Source: a virus. From it: 16,505 nucleotides of DNA. Position 1 is the stretch's first letter, and each line of letters starts with the position of its first letter. Location of the stretch: the UHGV virus genome UHGV-0075529; one strand, written 5' to 3'. The position numbers were made by a program, and so were the translations under genes. The notes under the pieces were generated by a model, which was given only the letters and a program-made list of their open reading frames with translations, had not been told where the DNA came from and ran no database searches. This document shows positions 12,251 through 16,505 of this stretch, one piece after another.

Positions 12251-13673
12251 TTTCATGGCTGTACCACAAAACCTCGAAGCAGAGCAGAGCGTTATCGGTG
12301 GCCTGCTGCTGGATGATGACAACAGCGAGCGAGTCCAGAAGGTTCTGGCGATGCTCAAGCCTGAGTCGTTCTACAGCCGACCTCACCAGCTGATCTTTGC
12401 CGAGATGCGCCAGATGTTCCGCGACAACAAGCCAGTCGATGGTCTGACATTGTTCGACGCGCTCGAAGGCAAAGGGCTCGCTGAGCAGGTGGGTGGCTTT
12501 GCTTACCTTGCGGAGATCGCCAAGAACACTCCCAGCGCTGCAAACATCGTAGCTTACGCAGCATCAGTCCGGGAAGCCGCAATGGAGCGCTACGGTATCA
12601 ACCGCCTGACCGAAGCTACTGAGCTGCTGTATTCCCGTAACGGCATGAGCGCTACGCAGAAGTACGAGGCCATTCAGGGTATTTTCACCCAGCTCGCAGA
12701 CCATTCAAAAACCGGTAGTCGCCGTGGGTTGCGGTCGTTCGGCGAGGTTATGGATGACTGGGTAGCAGATCTGGAGAAACGCTTTGACCCTTCAGGCGAA
12801 CAGCGCGGCATGAGCACCGGCATCCCGTCACTCGACCGGCTGCTGGCGCCGAAAGGTCTGGTTAAAGGCTCTCTGTTCGTGATTGGCGCAAGGCCAAAGA
12901 TGGGCAAGACAACCCTGTACGGTCAGATGGCGATCAACTGCGCGGTTCGTGAGAAAAAGCCAGCGCTGATGTTCAGCCTCGAAATGCCGGGCGACCAGAT
13001 CCTCGAAAAACTGGTTGGTCAGAAGTCTGGAGTTAACCCGAGCATTTTTTACATGCCAGCCACGGATGACGCCGATGACCAGTACCAGGGCGATTACGAC
13101 GGCGACTTTAAGAAGGCGATCGCCACCGCCGGGCGATTGAGTGAAATCGACATGCTGTACATCGACGATACTCCTGGCCTGTCACTGGCGCACATCGTTA
13201 GCGAAAGCCGCCGAATCAAGCGCGAGAAGGGCTGCGTAGGAATGATTTTGGTTGACTACCTGACTCTGATGACCGCCGAAAAAGCCGACCGTAATGACCT
13301 TGCCTACGGGATGATCACCAAAGGGTTGAAGAACCTCGCTAAAGAGCTTGGCTGCGTCGTCGTGCTGCTGACCCAGCTCAACCGCGAACTGGAGAAGCGA
13401 GTGAATAAACGCCCGTTACCGAGCGATTCCCGCGACACAGGACAGATTGAGCAGGACTGCGACTACTGGGTTGGTATCCACCGGGAAGGTGCTTTCGATG
13501 ATAGCGTGCCGCCGGGAGAAACCGAGTTAATCCTGCGACTCAATCGCCACGGCAGTACCGGAACGGTTTATTGCAATCAGATCAACGGGGCAATTTACGA
13601 CACAGACCAGCAGGCCGCCGCCGCAGAACGACGCGGGCGTGAGCAGCAGCCGAAAAAGAAAGGGGGATTCTGA
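12240..13673 (+). CDS. Replicative DNA helicase, DnaB family (phage-encoded)
   Basis: DnaB N-terminal signature AVPQNLEAEQSVIGGLLLD...FYSRPHQLIF...GGFAYLAEIAKNTPSAANI and Walker A GARPKMGKTT; ATG at 12240 with SD AAGGGGA. Confidence 0.9.
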   Translation: MTADFMAVPQNLEAEQSVIGGLLLDDDNSERVQKVLAMLKPESFYSRPHQLIFAEMRQMFRDNKPVDGLTLFDALEGKGLAEQVGGFAYLAEIAKNTPSAANIVAYAASVREAAMERYGINRLTEATELLYSRNGMSATQKYEAIQGIFTQLADHSKTGSRRGLRSFGEVMDDWVADLEKRFDPSGEQRGMSTGIPSLDRLLAPKGLVKGSLFVIGARPKMGKTTLYGQMAINCAVREKKPALMFSLEMPGDQILEKLVGQKSGVNPSIFYMPATDDADDQYQGDYDGDFKKAIATAGRLSEIDMLYIDDTPGLSLAHIVSESRRIKREKGCVGMILVDYLTLMTAEKADRNDLAYGMITKGLKNLAKELGCVVVLLTQLNRELEKRVNKRPLPSDSRDTGQIEQDCDYWVGIHREGAFDDSVPPGETELILRLNRHGSTGTVYCNQINGAIYDTDQQAAAAERRGREQQPKKKGGF

Positions 13674-14017
13674 TGACCATAACAATCCGCGGGCAGATTC
13701 TTGCAGCCCTGCGTAACAACCCGGGCCTGAACAGTGCTCGTATTGCCAGCATGATCGGCATGACCACCAAAAAGATTTCCGGCCCGTTAAGTACGTTGTT
13801 TGCAGACGGCCTGATCGAGTTCGAAGGCAAGCACGGACAGCGGCTTTATCGGCTGACCGATTACGGCATGAAATACGCACCAGAAACAATCCCGGCTATG
13901 CCGAAGGGAAATTCGAAGCTGGTGCAGCGTACAGAGGCAAACGTGATCTGCCAGGAGTGCCGCAACAGCGCGGCGATGAGAAGGGTATTGATGGTTTGGG
14001 GGAGGGTAGGGGTATGA
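13673..14017 (+). CDS. Putative winged-helix DNA-binding protein, 114 aa
   Basis: ORF whose ATG overlaps the helicase stop (TGATG); N-terminal region has an HTH-like pattern (ILAALRNNPGLNSARIASMIGMTTKKISGPLSTL). Confidence 0.55.
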   Translation: MTITIRGQILAALRNNPGLNSARIASMIGMTTKKISGPLSTLFADGLIEFEGKHGQRLYRLTDYGMKYAPETIPAMPKGNSKLVQRTEANVICQECRNSAAMRRVLMVWGRVGV

Positions 14018-14211
14018 AAATCGAAGATATCAAAAACGTTGCGGTGTTCTTCAATATGAACGGCAAGACAGTAGCGTTACGAATGGATGCTGAGCAGAAG
14101 CGGATCGTCGCATTAATGGCGCTTAACACGGCTGATGCTCGGGCAGAACTGATTGAAGTGCCGCACATGACTTTACCAGCAGACCCAGCCATGGAGGAGG
14201 CCGCCCAATGA
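14014..14211 (+). CDS. Hypothetical phage protein, 65 aa
   Basis: ATG 14014 overlaps the upstream stop (ATGA) and follows SD GGAGGG; the ORF track starts at 13957. Confidence 0.5.
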   Translation: MKIEDIKNVAVFFNMNGKTVALRMDAEQKRIVALMALNTADARAELIEVPHMTLPADPAMEEAAQ

Positions 14212-14597
14212 GCAACATCGACAAACGTGGATTACGTGAAGCAGCGGAGAAGGCGACGAAATGCCGGTGGGCTGTTGAGTTCGACGATGAGATTTACTCC
14301 ACTGACGGCGTGAACCATGAGCAAATAGCCATGGTATTCAGTGAAAACGAAGCGCGTGATGCTGCATTTATCGCCGCAGCCAACCCCGCCACCGTGCTGG
14401 CGCTGCTGGATGAGCTGGAAGCCGCAGAGAAGCGAATCGCTGAACTGGAAGCGAAGCTCGATAGCGCAGATAAATTGCAAGATAGCGCATTTCGTCATGG
14501 TCTTCAGCATGGCTTCAGTTTTGGTCAAACGGATAATCAGGCTGGATTTGAAGAGTGCTTATCTGCATATGGAGCGCGGGGTAAAGATAATGGCTAA
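14208..14597 (+). CDS. Ead/Ea22-like family protein
   Basis: 129 aa; N-terminal KRGLREAAEKATK and ATVLALLDELEAAEKRIAELEAKL are typical of Ead/Ea22-like proteins as recalled; ATGA overlap to the upstream gene. Confidence 0.65.
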   Translation: MSNIDKRGLREAAEKATKCRWAVEFDDEIYSTDGVNHEQIAMVFSENEARDAAFIAAANPATVLALLDELEAAEKRIAELEAKLDSADKLQDSAFRHGLQHGFSFGQTDNQAGFEECLSAYGARGKDNG

Positions 14598-14790
14598 TTC
14601 ATTACTTGAAACATGCAATGACTGGCAAATTCTTCGCGCAGAAATATTGGCTCGAAATCCAAATATGGCCATGATACTTCAAAAGCTCGACATCATGATT
14701 GAGCATTCCGTTAGGGCGGCAATTGAAATATCGCATCGTGTTGACTGGGATTTTAGTGAAGCAGAGCGTAAAGCTAAGGCGGTGAATTAA
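14590..14790 (+). CDS. Hypothetical phage protein, 66 aa
   Basis: ATG 14590 overlaps the end of the upstream gene by 8 nt; the ORF track extends to 14341, overlapping the Ead-like gene. Confidence 0.45.
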   Translation: MANSLLETCNDWQILRAEILARNPNMAMILQKLDIMIEHSVRAAIEISHRVDWDFSEAERKAKAVN

Positions 14791-15587
14791 TGGAACTTTC
14801 ACGGGATAAGATTAAAGAAATAATCAATGACGATTGGCTTTTGATGGATGATTGCGAAGGAAATAAAAACTGTGACGTTGTCAAAGAGATGGCGCGTATA
14901 GCGCTGGCATCGCTCGAAGCGGAGCCTGCCATTCACCGGTGGCGTCGTGTGACCTCTGAGCCATACGGCCCCTATCCTTGGCATTATGGTGATTTTATCG
15001 GCTTCTCAAAGCCCGTTGATGGGATTGAGGATGAGTATTTTTACTCCGCCCCGCCAGAGCCAGCCAATGCCGAAACCGTAGCCTGGCTGTGGTCACACAG
15101 GAAACACCCGAGCGAAGTCACGCTTGTTCGCCCTGAAGATGATGAGAGAGCGGAGGGTGCTCACTGGTCTGGCTGGAGTTGTCAGGCGCTTTATGCAGCA
15201 CCGCCAGTTCCGGTATCTGTGCCCACATTCGAGAAATGGTGTGAGTTGACTGAGCAGAAACCTGTCGGATGGGTGCGTGATGCTATGAAAGAAGCGTATG
15301 ACGGATGCCGCGACGCCATGCTTCAGGGTGCCGAAAAAGCCGAGTCGCCCACCACCATGCAGACCGCGCCAGCCCTAGATTCTTCGCCAAAAATTTCCGA
15401 GTCGCCCGTCAGCAACTCTCCGGTGATTCCGGATGGTTGGGTGCTGGTTCCTAAGGAGCCAACTCCAGAAATGCGTGAGGCGTACCATCAGGCGCAGGAA
15501 GAGTGTGAAGATGGCGGTAGATTATGGAGCCCAGACCACCAATGGAAGGCCATGATCGCAGCAGCACCGCAGCAGGAGGCGAAGTGA
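14790..15587 (+). CDS. Hypothetical phage protein, 265 aa, with an internally repeated motif
   Basis: ATG overlaps the upstream stop (TAATG); internal repeat GWVRDAMKEAYDGCRDAM versus GWVLVPKEPTPEMREAYHQAQ; no catalytic motif recognised. Confidence 0.65.
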   Translation: MELSRDKIKEIINDDWLLMDDCEGNKNCDVVKEMARIALASLEAEPAIHRWRRVTSEPYGPYPWHYGDFIGFSKPVDGIEDEYFYSAPPEPANAETVAWLWSHRKHPSEVTLVRPEDDERAEGAHWSGWSCQALYAAPPVPVSVPTFEKWCELTEQKPVGWVRDAMKEAYDGCRDAMLQGAEKAESPTTMQTAPALDSSPKISESPVSNSPVIPDGWVLVPKEPTPEMREAYHQAQEECEDGGRLWSPDHQWKAMIAAAPQQEAK

Positions 15588-15638
15588 TTATGTCGTGACA
15601 GCATAATTGCGATGTCAACGATAAGCAGAGGTTTGAAA

Positions 15639-15833
15639 ATGAAATCACAATCACCAGTGCAGCATGAAGTTAACATCGACGGCAAAGAGTATGTTGTCAC
15701 AGTAGTCCAAACCGGCAAGTCAACGTGGAGGGCATGGGGAGATTCCTGGGGGCGCCATATAGTCGAAACAGGTTCTAGCGAACATAGCGCGCTTTCTCAT
15801 TGGAAAGCAAAAGCTTTAGTTATGAATGGGTAG
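15639..15833 (+). CDS. Hypothetical phage protein, 64 aa
   Basis: ATG 15639 preceded by SD GAGG (the ORF track starts at 15612); followed by the 15857-15882 terminator. Confidence 0.5.
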   Translation: MKSQSPVQHEVNIDGKEYVVTVVQTGKSTWRAWGDSWGRHIVETGSSEHSALSHWKAKALVMNG

Positions 15834-15856
15834 CGCGGAAACTTTGAAGGTATAAT

Positions 15857-15882
15857 CCCCTCAAATAATCGAGGGGGTTTTT
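15857..15882 (+). terminator. Intrinsic terminator (plus strand) whose 3' stem half doubles as the SD of the next gene
   Basis: Stem CCCCTC (15857-15862) / GAGGGG (15871-15876), loop AAATAATC, then TTTTT (15878-15882) abutting ATG 15883. Confidence 0.6.
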
Positions 15883-16455
15883 ATGTCTGGTTGGGATAAC
15901 GGTATAGATGCAGTTTCTGCGATTGCAGCTATCGCATATGGAAACTCCGTCTATGTAGAATTTGACCGCGAAGCACAATCACTTGATGCAGCTATCGCAT
16001 CTGCGGTAGCAACTTATTTAGCATGGCGATCCTCAGAAGCTAGCAGGGCCACATCCGAAAAAGCTTTGCAGTTGCAAGGAAAGCAGTATTTGTACGAGAC
16101 ATTAAAAGCTTGCGCTGAGAGAGCGAATTCATACTCAAAAGGAAAGAAAGGGGCTGACTGGAGCTTTCATGACGCAGCCAATATTGTTCGATGTTTGAAC
16201 ATGGCAATGGGGAGCATAATAAATTACTCAGATACCAACAATCAGGATGCAATGAAAGGTCTGAAGCAATTCTTTATTAGCCAATTAAACATGGAGCTTT
16301 TTGAAGAGCTCAACTATGAGGTTGGGCCTGATGCCTTCTTTCACGGAGAGGAGCTAACCAGCATGACGAGCGATATTTACTCGCAGTGGTTAAACATTAT
16401 TTCATTCTTTAACCTCATGATTGTCACAGATGATGACCTCGCCGATGAAACATAG
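15883..16455 (+). CDS. Hypothetical protein, 190 aa, in a visibly AT-richer segment (candidate moron / accessory gene)
   Basis: Clean ORF starting right after a terminator; lower GC by eye than the replication genes; acidic C-terminus (TDDDLADET); no motif recognised. Confidence 0.65.
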   Translation: MSGWDNGIDAVSAIAAIAYGNSVYVEFDREAQSLDAAIASAVATYLAWRSSEASRATSEKALQLQGKQYLYETLKACAERANSYSKGKKGADWSFHDAANIVRCLNMAMGSIINYSDTNNQDAMKGLKQFFISQLNMELFEELNYEVGPDAFFHGEELTSMTSDIYSQWLNIISFFNLMIVTDDDLADET

Positions 16456-16505
16456 CTTGATTGATTTTCCATAATCAACCCGCCATAATCATGTCATCGG
16501 AGCCT

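Larger units (their letters stand above)
449..16505. mobile_element. Lambdoid prophage, partial: int/xis, early-left operon, immunity region, replication genes; late genes lie beyond the window
   Basis: Integrase next to a host gene, Exo/RecT/Gam module, cI-OR-cro immunity region, O-like initiator plus DnaB helicase, Ead/Ea22-like gene; left boundary not pinned down (somewhere in 449-750). Confidence 0.85.

Noticed and set aside
14341-14589. N-terminal extension of the 14590-14790 gene giving a 149-aa ORF
   Set aside because: It would be wholly embedded in the Ead/Ea22-like gene in another frame; ATG 14590 at the end of that gene fits the coupling pattern seen across the operon.
15851-15856. 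TATAAT hexamer as a promoter for the terminal 190-aa gene
   Set aside because: No acceptable -35 at 16-18 bp spacing and no TG extension; the transcript would start inside the terminator hairpin. Kept only as a note in the moron finding.

Overview
This window is the left arm plus immunity and replication core of a lambdoid prophage, inserted next to the chromosomal yciA gene of an enterobacterial host. All calls are by eye from the sequence and ORF track; nothing was searched or computed. Layout: bidirectional tonB/yciA terminator and yciA (-, 1-448); a repeat-rich junction; tyrosine integrase (+); a convergent AlpA-type excisionase-like gene (-); then a long leftward operon of tightly coupled genes (small accessory proteins, TraR/DksA-like zinc finger, a Cys/His-rich 203-aa protein, phage Dam methyltransferase, lambda-type Exo, RecT, Gam-like, a 323-aa low-complexity coiled-coil protein, a Kil-like peptide, and a basic 70-aa protein in the N position). 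The immunity region is textbook: OL/pL, cI (LexA-like autocleaving repressor), OR/PR, Cro-like, and a YdaT-like protein in the CII position. Rightward follow an O-like replication initiator with an internal iteron origin, a DnaB-type helicase, and small nin/ea-like genes ending in a visibly AT-richer accessory gene behind its own terminator. I see no rRNA, tRNA, CRISPR array or transposase, and no canonical multi-gene defence system. The best candidates for undescribed function are the terminal AT-rich gene (15883-16455), the Dam/75-aa/203-aa block, the 323-aa coiled-coil protein and the unannotated micro-ORFs around the Kil-like peptide.
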